DNA from: a virus
Taxonomy: Duplodnaviria > Caudoviricetes
Virus record (IMG/VR): IMGVR_UViG_3300035661_000004
DNA: 64,000 bases
Strand: one strand, 5' to 3'
The stretch's first letter is position 1. The number at the start of each line of letters is the position of its first letter. The notes under the pieces are model-generated. The model saw only the letters and a program-made list of their open reading frames with translations. It was not told the origin of the DNA and made no database searches. This document shows positions 44,582 to 54,154 of the stretch, one piece after another. Both the position numbers and the translations under genes were made by a program.

Positions 44582-45451
44582 CTAAAGAGACGCTATCTCT
44601 AGCAGGTTGTTGGGCTCGTAGCCTTCGCCGTTGCCGTCGATGACTTCGTAGCCGCGCGGGTTTGACATCACCCACATGCCGTAGGCTGGGTTGTACCGCT
44701 TGGGCTGGTGGACATGGCCGTGCACCCAGAGGCACACGTCCTTGCAATGGGTCTGCATGGACTCGGTCAGGTTGGAAAAGTACCAGTAGTCGGTGTCGTC
44801 GGCGCGACGGGCGGTGTCCAGCGATTCATAATGCGGCGTCATGTGGGTGACGATCACGACCTTCTGGCCTGGCTCATCGGCCTTGCAGTTGGTGAAGATG
44901 TACTTCGCTGTCTGGCGGTGCAGGTCAAAGAAGTCAGTATGCCGAACCCTGCGGCGCACACGGGTGTCACCGTATGTGATGTGCCTGAAGTCATTGCCCA
45001 TCGTCTTGGCGATGTGCTCAGCGATGATTGGGCTACGGTTGAAGTCCGTCCACAGCGTGCCGCCCAAGAACTTGACTCCGCTGTGTACCAGCGTGTCCCG
45101 CTCAAGCAGGGTGACGTTCGGCAAGGCGGCGCAATGCTTGCGAGCCTTCCGCACGGCTGATTGTAGGCTCAAGCCCCAGTAGTCATGGTTGCCAAGCACG
45201 ACGATGACATGCTCGAAACGTTTAGCAACGTTGCTGATCCATGACCGGCCGTCTGCCGTCACTTTGAAAGGCAGGTTGTCGGTCCACAGGTCACCTGCAA
45301 GGATCAGGATTGACTCGCTGTCCTGCAGCAACACGCTCGGAGCCCAGACCTGCTCGACTCGGGTGTAAGGCACGAGCGGGCGACCCTTGTCATTGCAAGG
45401 AATGTCAAAGTCAAGGTGGATGTCGCTGTAGACGCGCAAGTACTTAGCCAC
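44582..45451 (-). CDS. calcineurin-like metallophosphoesterase
   Basis: SDIH, AGDL, GNHDY, THM, HGHVH. Confidence 0.85.
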   Translation of the reverse strand: MAKYLRVYSDIHLDFDIPCNDKGRPLVPYTRVEQVWAPSVLLQDSESILILAGDLWTDNLPFKVTADGRSWISNVAKRFEHVIVVLGNHDYWGLSLQSAVRKARKHCAALPNVTLLERDTLVHSGVKFLGGTLWTDFNRSPIIAEHIAKTMGNDFRHITYGDTRVRRRVRHTDFFDLHRQTAKYIFTNCKADEPGQKVVIVTHMTPHYESLDTARRADDTDYWYFSNLTESMQTHCKDVCLWVHGHVHQPKRYNPAYGMWVMSNPRGYEVIDGNGEGYEPNNLLEIASL

Positions 45452-46106
45452 GGCGTTTCCTCAAGGCGATCAAGCCAATGCCAGCAGCGAGCATGTACCA
45501 GCTCGGCGGCTCAGGGATGGGTGGAGCCGGCGGCAGCGGCGGTACGTAGACCGTGACAAGCCTGTTGATCGAAGAGTCAAACGATATCAGCTTCATGGAC
45601 GGCGCACCAAGGGTCAAAGTCTCGGGAGCATCTGTCTCAAGCGGCATGGGCTCCAAGCTTAGCACCGGCGCTGGCTCTAGCGCAATGGCTTCGCGCTGAA
45701 TCGGCTCGACACGTGCGGCCATGGCTCGGAGCTTAGGCTGTCGGTTGACACGGCTCAGGTTGCCACAGACTGTAGGCAAGGCGACGCAGTAGTCAGTCGA
45801 GCAGAAGATCATGGCACGTTCGGTTTGGCCTTCTGTCCAGGCGCTGCGGTCAACCTCATGGCATAGCTTATTGGCTCCGAAGTGCATGTCAAACAGCGGT
45901 CCGAAATCGCTGCTTACTGAGTCACGCGTGATGGTCACGAGCGTGTCATAGCTCTTGCTTGCGAGCAGCTCCTTCAAGCGAATACGGTCAGCGCTCGGGA
46001 TGTCCGAGTAGTGGTCAATCGCAGCGGCAGGGTCTCCTGTGAAGCGGTTAGCCCCAGGATGCGCCCACGAGCAGGACGCGATGAGGGCGAGGGTGGCAAC
46101 AGGCAT
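45444..46106 (-). CDS. MHFG-type PEP-CTERM protein
   Basis: CSW..PGANRF.GD...DMHFG...C...DRS.W...CGN.S...; C-terminal IPEP, TM helix and RKRR. Confidence 0.8.
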   Translation of the reverse strand: MPVATLALIASCSWAHPGANRFTGDPAAAIDHYSDIPSADRIRLKELLASKSYDTLVTITRDSVSSDFGPLFDMHFGANKLCHEVDRSAWTEGQTERAMIFCSTDYCVALPTVCGNLSRVNRQPKLRAMAARVEPIQREAIALEPAPVLSLEPMPLETDAPETLTLGAPSMKLISFDSSINRLVTVYVPPLPPAPPIPEPPSWYMLAAGIGLIALRKRRG

Positions 46107-47392
46107 TAGATCATCCAGGACTTGACATCAGCTGCGGTCGGGCCGTAGCTACAGAGCGTAACCGTGATGTCACGGCCTAGCTCTCGAGCGATGGCCTGCG
46201 GCAGGTCAGCGCTCAGCACCGTGGTCAGCTGACCTGCCACGGTAACGATGTTTACTTCAGGGCCAAGCTGATCAAGGCATGTGACCATCAGCTGAGGTCG
46301 CTTGACCACTAAGCCTCGCGAGAGCACAGCGGCTGACTTGTGTGTGCGGGCCACGTCAGCGTCAATCAATCCCTTCATGCGCAACAGGTTAAGCGGCGCA
46401 CGGCGCAGCGAACCTTGCCACTGGTTATCAACGTTGGTAGCATCTGCCAGCTCTTTAGCTGTGATCGGCTCGAATTCAAAGCTCAGCGGGCCAGCGCCGT
46501 GCCTCGTTGTGTAAGCCCGAGTAATGTACAAGGGCTCGATCTCAAAGACATTGAGCTCGTAAGCCGCAACGGCGCCGGCAGCCAACAGGCCGGTAACCGA
46601 CCGCGTGACGTAGGGGAAGTCACCCAACTGCTCGTCGAGAGCCAAGCCCTGTGCGCCTTCAAGGATGTAATCCTGGCCGTCGGCCATCGAGCCGATCAGG
46701 TGGTCCAAGCCTGCCTTGTCCAAGATCGTGAACGCTGGCATGAGCTCCGCTTGCAAGAACTCGGCTTGCTGTTGGTAGTTCGAGGGGCGCAACATCCTAG
46801 CATAGACATCATGCTGGACAAGGTCGTTCTCTGTGATGCCAAGCTGCTCGAGGCGGTGGGGCACGTAAGTCTCGCAGATGTCCTTGAGCAAGTGCGCGAG
46901 CTCTTCAGGCTTTGCACGGATGACTTGCTGAGTTCGCAACGGAAAGCCTGCATCGGTGCGGGTCACAGTCTCGTTGATGCCCATGCCGCACGAGCCGTGC
47001 CGTGAGATGCCGCGGCTCAGCTCAGCAAGCGAGTTAATGGCCATGTCATAGACGGTGGTCACGCTGCATTGCGGGTGGGTGAGAAGCTGTGGACGGTCTA
47101 CGCCGACGACGTTCAACGCCGCCAGCTCCTTGTGGAGGGTGTACGGGTTGATGATGAACCTACTCGAGAGGTAGGTGCGAGCGCCTGGGACGAAGGAGCC
47201 GGCCCCTACATGCTGGAACACGTGGCGCTTGCCGTCAGCCGTCACTACCGTATGGCCTGCTTGCCCGCCGCCGTTGAAGCGGACAATGACCGGCTTCCAG
47301 CCTCGCAGCGCGTGCTGGTGAGCGAGGTAGTCAACCGTTAGACCTTTGCCCTCATCTCCGTAGTTAGCGCCGATCACGGCAATTGCTTTCAT
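46106..47392 (-). CDS. purA: adenylosuccinate synthetase-like protein
   Basis: GANYGDEGKG, RFNGGGQAGHTV, HGSCGMGI.ET, EGAQGLALD, TR.G.GP. Confidence 0.85.
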   Translation of the reverse strand: MKAIAVIGANYGDEGKGLTVDYLAHQHALRGWKPVIVRFNGGGQAGHTVVTADGKRHVFQHVGAGSFVPGARTYLSSRFIINPYTLHKELAALNVVGVDRPQLLTHPQCSVTTVYDMAINSLAELSRGISRHGSCGMGINETVTRTDAGFPLRTQQVIRAKPEELAHLLKDICETYVPHRLEQLGITENDLVQHDVYARMLRPSNYQQQAEFLQAELMPAFTILDKAGLDHLIGSMADGQDYILEGAQGLALDEQLGDFPYVTRSVTGLLAAGAVAAYELNVFEIEPLYITRAYTTRHGAGPLSFEFEPITAKELADATNVDNQWQGSLRRAPLNLLRMKGLIDADVARTHKSAAVLSRGLVVKRPQLMVTCLDQLGPEVNIVTVAGQLTTVLSADLPQAIARELGRDITVTLCSYGPTAADVKSWMI

Positions 47393-47446
47393 GCGGTCTC
47401 CTATGGGATGGTTGATAGTATATCAAAAAGCAAGCTATGTAAAGTA

Positions 47447-47472
47447 AAAACAGCGCCCGAAGGCGCTGTTAC
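47447..47472 (-). terminator. intrinsic terminator
   Basis: AACAGCGCC-TTCG-GGCGCTGTT plus T run. Confidence 0.7.
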
Positions 47473-47643
47473 CAAAAAAAACTGGTTTGAGTGGGTCAGG
47501 CTTGAGCTTTGGCTTGCGGCGCTCGAAGTTGAGCCCTGGATAATTACCGCATTCTCCTCTCTTGAGGTAAGCCGAGGCGCTCTTGGTCACACGGGCGTTA
47601 AGCACCTTAGCACCCTGCTCATAGCTTCAAGCCTTACACCAGC

Positions 47644-48543
47644 TCACACCGTTTCAGCGAGGGCGTTGCCGAAGGCGTGCTCGAGCAGGGTGCTTTGGTC
47701 GGCAGAAGCGATGACCTTGCCGATTTCAGCGCCGCGGACGATCTTCAGGGTCGCCAGGATCAGGTCAGGCAGAGCGCGGAAGTCCTTGAGGAACAGGACG
47801 TTCGGGCCCATCAGGTCAGTCCAGGTGCGCCGCACAGCTTCGGAGCATGTGCGGGCGTAGTCGCCCTGCTCGATGACAATGTGGAACACGTGGTAGCGCT
47901 CCTTGGCCTCGGCCAGCATCTCGGCCGGCGTCATGTCCTGGTACTCGCCCGTGCCGAACACCTGGCGGAACTTGTCAGCGGTCATGGTCCGATACGGCGC
48001 TTCCTCGTCGCCCATCGTGAAGAGAAAGCCCTTCTCGCCCCGCTTGTCGAAGCAGTCGATCTTGGTCTTGTGGGCCGCAAAGTACCACGGCAGGTCGTAG
48101 CTCTCTGATCGGTTGCCGCCGCCGCCTGAGACCAAGAAGATCTCGCGCAGCTGCTCGAGGATCCGCAGGTCGGCTTCGAACTGGCTCACCTGCAGCGAGT
48201 CACGCACCTTGTAGGTGTGGGCGTCATCGACGCCCATGAACATGATGTGCGGGTTCGAGACCGGCTTGTCGGTCATGATCGCCGTCATCAGCGCCGGCAG
48301 GCCTTCCTTGGCGATTAGCGCAGCGTACTCACCCATGGAGCCTGTCACGTCGAGCGCGAAGATCAGCGGCGTGCTGGCCGGGTTGTCAACCGAGTCACAG
48401 GACTCGCGGATCGTCACCCGTTGCGGATCGAGCGCCGCCGGTACCGACGAGCTGGCGAAGACCTCGCGCGTCGACTTCGTTGTGTATGCCGTGCGGGCCG
48501 AGTAGTCCTCGTAGTCCCGCGAATTCCATGTTCCACCACCCAT
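47644..48543 (-). CDS. vWA (MIDAS) domain protein
   Basis: MGGGTW...LDVTGSMG...QVSQFE...GGGGN.SESY...FTMGDE. Confidence 0.8.
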   Translation of the reverse strand: MGGGTWNSRDYEDYSARTAYTTKSTREVFASSSVPAALDPQRVTIRESCDSVDNPASTPLIFALDVTGSMGEYAALIAKEGLPALMTAIMTDKPVSNPHIMFMGVDDAHTYKVRDSLQVSQFEADLRILEQLREIFLVSGGGGNRSESYDLPWYFAAHKTKIDCFDKRGEKGFLFTMGDEEAPYRTMTADKFRQVFGTGEYQDMTPAEMLAEAKERYHVFHIVIEQGDYARTCSEAVRRTWTDLMGPNVLFLKDFRALPDLILATLKIVRGAEIGKVIASADQSTLLEHAFGNALAETV

Positions 48544-48553
48544 GATGGGCTCC

Positions 48554-48991
48554 TTAAAGAGGTTTGTGTTGAGCGTGCTTCCGAGCCACGCGTTCGTAGA
48601 CAAGGCCAAGGCCTGCTACACAGACAGATGACGCCCACACAGAGCGCCCGTTAACACCTTCTGGCAGTACGAGCGGAGCGAGGGATACAACGATGACCTG
48701 GTCTTGCCCACGGTCGAGCGAAGCGTTGTCGAGAAACTCTCGAATGACGCATGCATCCTTGGTCACGACACGGCCAAGCTTGTTGACGCCGTCATGCAGC
48801 ATCACGGCGTCAGGGTCAAGCCTGTTGTTGGTGTCGGCTACCAGGTAGAGCTGTTGCTCACCCAGCGGCTGGTTTGACACCTGCACGAGACGACTGAAGG
48901 CTTCCTTGACGCCTACAACAGTGACCTTTGACAGCATCTTGCTGACCGAGGCCGAGAGCGGCTCAAGCCCACTGAAGAGCTTAAACCGCAC
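48554..48991 (-). CDS. HIRAN-like domain protein
   Basis: VVG...L.AD..N..DPDAV......KLG.V....A. Confidence 0.45.
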   Translation of the reverse strand: MRFKLFSGLEPLSASVSKMLSKVTVVGVKEAFSRLVQVSNQPLGEQQLYLVADTNNRLDPDAVMLHDGVNKLGRVVTKDACVIREFLDNASLDRGQDQVIVVSLAPLVLPEGVNGRSVWASSVCVAGLGLVYERVARKHAQHKPL

Positions 48992-49008
48992 ACGACCGCC
49001 GGATTCGA

Positions 49009-49797
49009 TCAGCGATTGCGAAAAGGGCCGCCGACCGAGCCGGAGTTGTCATAGCTGTCACGCTTGTTGCGCTTACCGACGCCACCACCCATCAGCTTGG
49101 CCATCAGCATGGTCTGCATCATCTGGTTCATGCCGTTGGCAGCGCCAGGATCAGCTTGGCCCGTGCCCATCAGTGCGCCGACGCCACCCATCTGGGACAT
49201 CAGCATCATCGGCATGATGTCCTCGAGGTCGCCGCTGTCACTGCCGAACATGCCCATCATCATCATCATGTTCTGCATCTGGCCCAGACCACCTTGGCCG
49301 CCCGGCAGCATCGAGATCAGCGAGCGCACGACCATGACGCCGCTGGTGTCCAGGCCGAGGACCACGACCTTGGGAGCGCGGTACTTGGTGGTGGTGCCGT
49401 CGGCGCGCAGGAGCTCGAAGGAGACGTTGACCTTGACAGGCTGCGGGACAACGCCGGCGACCACTGCCGCGTCATACGCGTTGCGGGAGGCCTTGTCCTC
49501 GGTCTCGATGCGGGCGACGACCCATGCTGGCTTGTCATTGGCCTGCAAGATCATGTCGCCGACCTTGACATCGCTGATCGAGGTTTGCTGAGCGAAGGCC
49601 GGCACGGCCATGCTGAACTGCTCGACCAGGTTGGTCGTGATGGTGGCGCCGTCGCCTTCGCCGTCGATGGAGGAGATGCCGCCGTTGCTGAGGATGCCGA
49701 TCTTGCCGGTCATCATGTCCCAAACAACGTTGTCGACTTTGCGGAAGATCCGCGACATCATCGTTCCAGGGTTGAAGAATTTGTTGGTGTCAAACAT
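49009..49797 (-). CDS. hypothetical protein with Met/Gly-rich tail
   Basis: MMMMMGM and MPMMLMSQMGG tracts. Confidence 0.65.
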   Translation of the reverse strand: MFDTNKFFNPGTMMSRIFRKVDNVVWDMMTGKIGILSNGGISSIDGEGDGATITTNLVEQFSMAVPAFAQQTSISDVKVGDMILQANDKPAWVVARIETEDKASRNAYDAAVVAGVVPQPVKVNVSFELLRADGTTTKYRAPKVVVLGLDTSGVMVVRSLISMLPGGQGGLGQMQNMMMMMGMFGSDSGDLEDIMPMMLMSQMGGVGALMGTGQADPGAANGMNQMMQTMLMAKLMGGGVGKRNKRDSYDNSGSVGGPFRNR

Positions 49798-49983
49798 GTA
49801 GTGTCCTTGAGCGTTTGAGTTGAAAACGCTTGGTAAACCCCAAGCTGGCTGTTGCTTGTGGGAATGAGACTACGGGGGATGCTGCTGAGGCATTTGAAGC
49901 TCCTTCAAATGTAGAAGCCGGCGGTATCTTTTACCAGCGGCGGGGTATTTACTGCTTGATTATACACCATTTTCATCGCGGTG

Positions 49984-50601
49984 TTATTTGGTCAAGTCAG
50001 CCAAGGTCAGCTTGCGTAGTGTGCCTGTCATTCCGTAGGCTCCGGCCTGCTCAGCTTGTGCGCCGTCAAACATGGTCGCTCGCTCGAGGCCAGCAGCCCA
50101 CATTCGGCCGTTGTCATCGATCATCCAACCATCACCCACGCCGCTGAAGAGCGCGTCGCCAGCATAGCGAAAGTAGGCACGGCTGATGTCCTCGTCTGAG
50201 TAGGTGCGGCGGGCGGCTGCAAGCGCCTGCTCTCCCTTGCGCAAAGCCTTGTAGCCTCGCGCTGTACGCTCAGCAAAGTACGGGTCACCACGGCTCATAT
50301 CGGCGCACATCGACAACGAGCCATGTAGGCTCACGGTGGCCGCGTAAAGGCGCTTGACCTCAAGCAAAAGCTCATCCTTGCTCAGGTTGTCCCATGGGGT
50401 CTCGCCAAATTCAAGAGGCATGTCAAACTTTCTTGCCTTGAGCCCGACCGCAAAGGCTGCACGTCCGGCGCTGTCTAAATTCGAAGCCGATAGGGGTCGA
50501 CCTACTCCATTGATTCCAGCTATGAAAGCCGAAACGGCAGAAGAGGCGTGCCCAGAAAGACCGATAAGTTTTGAGCGCAGCCGGTCGAACAGGTTTTGCA
50601 T
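49984..50601 (-). CDS. hypothetical protein
   Basis: ORF; start uncertain. Confidence 0.5.
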   Translation of the reverse strand: MQNLFDRLRSKLIGLSGHASSAVSAFIAGINGVGRPLSASNLDSAGRAAFAVGLKARKFDMPLEFGETPWDNLSKDELLLEVKRLYAATVSLHGSLSMCADMSRGDPYFAERTARGYKALRKGEQALAAARRTYSDEDISRAYFRYAGDALFSGVGDGWMIDDNGRMWAAGLERATMFDGAQAEQAGAYGMTGTLRKLTLADLTK

Positions 50602-50609
50602 TGGCTCGC

Positions 50610-51098
50610 TTATGCATGCTGCTTCCAGAGGTCATACGCCGCAAAGACCCCTTCGTTGTACTTAGCGAACGGTGAGACGCCCGCATTAGTCAGCTCGTCT
50701 CGAGTCAGCCAGTCAATGACCAGGCCCTCCTCAGCTGTCAGCCCGGTCAACGGGAATTCACGGCCCATCCAGAGATAGGTCGTGACCCAGTAGTTGACCT
50801 TGCCTGGGCAGAAGCCTGCATAGAGCGGCTGAAAGTCCGTCAAGAAGCTGCTCAGGTCAACCTCTTCGGCGGTCTCGCGGCCAATGGCTTCAGCGTCCGA
50901 CTCGCCTGGGTCAACCTTGCCGCCCGGCAAGCCGAAGCGCGATGCGTTCTTGCGGCGTGACACGGCGAGGAAGAGATTGTCTGGGACATAGCCACCTTTG
51001 ACGGAGCTGCCAGACACCAGCAAGCAGACGGCGGTTTTCACTTGACGGTGACCTTGTCGTGGCGAATATGGCAGAACTGCGGGAAGCGAGCGGCCCAT
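50610..51098 (-). CDS. NUDIX hydrolase
   Basis: GLPGGKVDPGESDAEAIGRETAEEV. Confidence 0.85.
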   Translation of the reverse strand: MGRSLPAVLPYSPRQGHRQVKTAVCLLVSGSSVKGGYVPDNLFLAVSRRKNASRFGLPGGKVDPGESDAEAIGRETAEEVDLSSFLTDFQPLYAGFCPGKVNYWVTTYLWMGREFPLTGLTAEEGLVIDWLTRDELTNAGVSPFAKYNEGVFAAYDLWKQHA

Positions 51099-52495
51099 TC
51101 GGTGGCGCCGTCAGCGAGGCTCAGCTCCTGGCACTCGATCATTGCGGTCTGCCCGAGGAACTCGGCCTGGTGGGACCAGACATAGGCACGGAACCACTGG
51201 TCACGGTTCATCGTCTTGAGGTTCAAGCCTTCGGCCGCTGCCTTCTCATCGATGAACTTCTTGGTGTCGGGGTCCGTCACCTTGAAGCCGCCGCAGTGGG
51301 TGAAGATCGGACGGTCGTTCTCGTCCCTGCCGCGCATGATCATGCCGCCCAGCTTGCCTTCGTTCTTCTTACCGGCGTCGCCTTCATAGAAGCCCACGAT
51401 TTCGAGGTCAAGGTCAAGCACCGGCTTCCACTTGAACCAATTCTTCGAGCGGTCCCACTCGTAGAGGCCGTCATGATTCTTGATGATCAAGCCTTCACCC
51501 AAGCCGTTGATCGTGCCGTCGGCGTTGACGCCGTCCTTAAGCACTTCAGCGTAGAAAGCCTTCAGGTCAGCGATGCTGTAGACCGTCTTGCTCTTGCTCT
51601 TCGTGATCTTGGTCAGACCCAGGGTGGTAATGAACCCGAGAACCTCGGCCGACCGGCGATGCTGCGGGCTCGTGGCCGAACGGTTCTGCCAGACGCTCAG
51701 GGACATCCAGTCGAAGGCGAAGAACTTGCAGTGGCGGCGAGCTTCCAAGGCGTCGGCGTCAGAGCCCGAAGCCGAAGCTGTTTCTTGGAAGGAGCGACCA
51801 AGGACTTCGCCGTCCAGGACGAAGGGATAGCCGAGCAGCTGTTCGATCCGGATGAGCTCGGCGTCGAAGAGGCCATCGCACCATTCAGCCTTGTTGCCCG
51901 AGCGGGTCAGGTATTCGACCCTGCCGCCGTTGACGTAGGCCAGCAGGCGCTTGCCGTCATACTTGGCTTCGGCGATCATCGGAAAGCGCAGCTTGTACTT
52001 CTTCTCGAGGATGCCCGGCGTCAGCAGCACGTCGGTCTTGCGAACAACCTCCGGCTTCTCATCGATCTTGGCGGCGAGCATCAGCTCGAATTCGGGAAAA
52101 AAATCATCAGCGTGCAGCGGGTACAGCTTCTTGAAGACCGAGACGCCGGCGCCGCACTTGAGGTCCTTCAGCAGCACTCGCTGCAAGACCGTAGCGGTGC
52201 GCTCGGTGTAGGAGCCGAGGATAGCTGTGACAGCGGCCTTCGCGGCGTTGCCGGACAGCTCTCGAGTCACCAGCTGGTCGAGCAGCTTGAGGAACAAGCT
52301 GTAGTCAGGGTCGTCATTGGCGAAGACCTTCGGCTTGTCAAACTTCTTGATGTTGAAGACGCGATAGGGGTTCAGCGCCTCCATGGCGAGCTTCAGCTCG
52401 GGCCCTTCGAGGCCGCTCAACGCTGCGTGCTTCAGTGCATGTTGGCCGTGCTTTTCGGCCTCGAAGATTGCGTCAGCGAAGGTTTTGTGGGTCAT
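51038..52495 (-). CDS. ATP-dependent DNA ligase (T4 gp30-like)
   Basis: EAKYDG, VLDGEV, FAFD, EGLIIK, WFKWK, OB fold with RFP. Confidence 0.9.
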   Translation of the reverse strand: MTHKTFADAIFEAEKHGQHALKHAALSGLEGPELKLAMEALNPYRVFNIKKFDKPKVFANDDPDYSLFLKLLDQLVTRELSGNAAKAAVTAILGSYTERTATVLQRVLLKDLKCGAGVSVFKKLYPLHADDFFPEFELMLAAKIDEKPEVVRKTDVLLTPGILEKKYKLRFPMIAEAKYDGKRLLAYVNGGRVEYLTRSGNKAEWCDGLFDAELIRIEQLLGYPFVLDGEVLGRSFQETASASGSDADALEARRHCKFFAFDWMSLSVWQNRSATSPQHRRSAEVLGFITTLGLTKITKSKSKTVYSIADLKAFYAEVLKDGVNADGTINGLGEGLIIKNHDGLYEWDRSKNWFKWKPVLDLDLEIVGFYEGDAGKKNEGKLGGMIMRGRDENDRPIFTHCGGFKVTDPDTKKFIDEKAAAEGLNLKTMNRDQWFRAYVWSHQAEFLGQTAMIECQELSLADGATEWAARFPQFCHIRHDKVTVK

Positions 52496-52521
52496 TGTGC
52501 GCCCTCATTTTGGATATGATG

Positions 52522-52550
52522 ATTGTATTCCTTTAGACTCAGCTTGTAAA
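52522..52550 (-). promoter_or_regulatory. early/middle promoter
   Basis: TTTACA-N17-TACAAT. Confidence 0.7.
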
Positions 52551-53330
52551 CTACAAGTATGCCTCTAAGTCATAGTCAATGAACACTTGCTCCGCTGCAA
52601 GCCTGCGAGCTACAGGAGTTGGGTGCTCTCGCAGCACGTTGATGAGCGCTCGCTTCGCAACGTCAAAGGTACTGCCAAGCGAGAAGTTGGTCAGGTCGTT
52701 GATCATGAACAGCTTTGATACCCCTTTGCATTCATGAGCAAAGGTGGCATACACAGAGAGGCAGCTTTTCGGCAGCTCAGTCACCTCGTGCAAGCCTCCT
52801 GGCAGCTCGAGCGATGCAAAAGCGGTTGCCTTCAAGCCGTTGGTTGTCTTGACGCCTGAGCACTGTGCAAAGTGCCCCGCCTCATAGTAGGAGGCTAAGC
52901 CGCTTAAGGAGGTAAGGCCGCTCGACACCACCTTGAGCGTGTCGGCTTGCTTTGCAACGCCCGCCAAGGTTTTAAGCGCATTGGCTTCAACGTGATACGT
53001 GCTTGTGATGCTAGGCCCGCCGACAAGCGTGGTCAAGTAGGGTGACCGTACGTCAAAGACGCCTAAGACTTGCTCAGGCCCGTCCTCTAAGCTGAAGACG
53101 TTGTTGACCGAGAAGATGGTTGTGTTGACGGTGCCAAACGCGACGTTAAACCGGCCGCCGCGGGCGAAGTCATCACCCTTGATCGGCCCGCTAACGTTGA
53201 CTCGCCCTTCAGGCGTGACTGACCAGCTAGTTTTCTTCCTGTCGGTCCGAGTGTTGAACAGGAAGTTGATCTGTTCAACCTGCGAGGCGGTGACGGCGCC
53301 GTGGGCTAACGTGTTGCTGATGTTAAGCAT
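52551..53330 (-). CDS. late protein with LRR-like repeats
   Basis: SLEDGP, LTTLVGGP, LKTLAG, LTSLSGL; TAAATA at 53336..53341. Confidence 0.6.
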   Translation of the reverse strand: MLNISNTLAHGAVTASQVEQINFLFNTRTDRKKTSWSVTPEGRVNVSGPIKGDDFARGGRFNVAFGTVNTTIFSVNNVFSLEDGPEQVLGVFDVRSPYLTTLVGGPSITSTYHVEANALKTLAGVAKQADTLKVVSSGLTSLSGLASYYEAGHFAQCSGVKTTNGLKATAFASLELPGGLHEVTELPKSCLSVYATFAHECKGVSKLFMINDLTNFSLGSTFDVAKRALINVLREHPTPVARRLAAEQVFIDYDLEAYL

Positions 53331-53359
53331 GGCTGTATTTTAACACAGCCTACGCTAGG

Positions 53360-54154
53360 TCACATTTTAGCCATGTCGTCAAAGCCTGCATCGATCAGCT
53401 TCTGCTGAATCGTTAGCACGTCACGGCGGGTAGCGCTGCCTTCCTCCTGCAGCTTGACAATCTCATTGTACAGCTCAATGGGGAAGTCCTCGCCGAAGGT
53501 ACGTTCACGGTCGCACTTAATGCCGCACGTCTTGGGGATCATGACAAACCAAGGGATGCCGCGTGTCAGCTTGTTGTACTTGATGTCTAGCTTTTTGCAA
53601 GTCTTTGGGAAGTTCTTGAACGACACGTTGTTGCAGCTCGAGAGGCTGATCTCTGTAGCGCCTTCAAGGCCTTCCAAGGTTTGCAGCTTTGGCATCGCCG
53701 TGAGCTGTACCTCAACCTTGTCGCCGACCAGCTGCAAGCCGACCAACGATGTCAGCTCTGGGCAGTTGACGACGTTGAGCTTGTGCAGAACTTTAGGGCT
53801 GTGCTTGAATGACGCTAGCTTATTAGGTACGCTGCTGCTGTCATAGCCGGTGGCTTGCTTAGTTGCATGCCCAATCTTCAGCTCACCAGCCTCAAGGTTC
53901 TCAAACCCCTTCAATGTGGTCAGTGTGCCAAGCTCGATGATCAAGCGAGCGACCTCACCCTTTGCAAAGGAGAACGGCAAGGTGCCAGGCGTGACTAATT
54001 TGTCAAGCTTGAGGGTGTTGTCATTAGTGACTTTGACTGTTGACGCGTCAATCGCTTCTAGCCCGTCAATGCCCGCAACGTCAAGCATCTTCTGCAAGTC
54101 AGCCACAGTCTTTGCGCGCTTAGCGATCGTTTCGTGAAGAAGTGTTAGCAACAT
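53360..54154 (-). CDS. late protein with LRR-like repeats
   Basis: LTTLKGF, LASFKHSP, LTSLVGL, LQTLEGL; TAAATA at 54179..54184. Confidence 0.6.
   Translation of the reverse strand: MLLTLLHETIAKRAKTVADLQKMLDVAGIDGLEAIDASTVKVTNDNTLKLDKLVTPGTLPFSFAKGEVARLIIELGTLTTLKGFENLEAGELKIGHATKQATGYDSSSVPNKLASFKHSPKVLHKLNVVNCPELTSLVGLQLVGDKVEVQLTAMPKLQTLEGLEGATEISLSSCNNVSFKNFPKTCKKLDIKYNKLTRGIPWFVMIPKTCGIKCDRERTFGEDFPIELYNEIVKLQEEGSATRRDVLTIQQKLIDAGFDDMAKM

Noticed and set aside
46106-47392. PurZ / Z-genome pathway
   Set aside because: The N-terminal motif is GDEGKG (PurA Asp retained) rather than GSTGKG, and no DatZ or MazZ neighbours were recognised.
51059-52519. Long antisense ORFs (also 27913..28755, 18531..19775, 30316..31233, 31288..32337)
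   Set aside because: Shadow frames produced by strong GC3 codon bias opposite well-supported genes.
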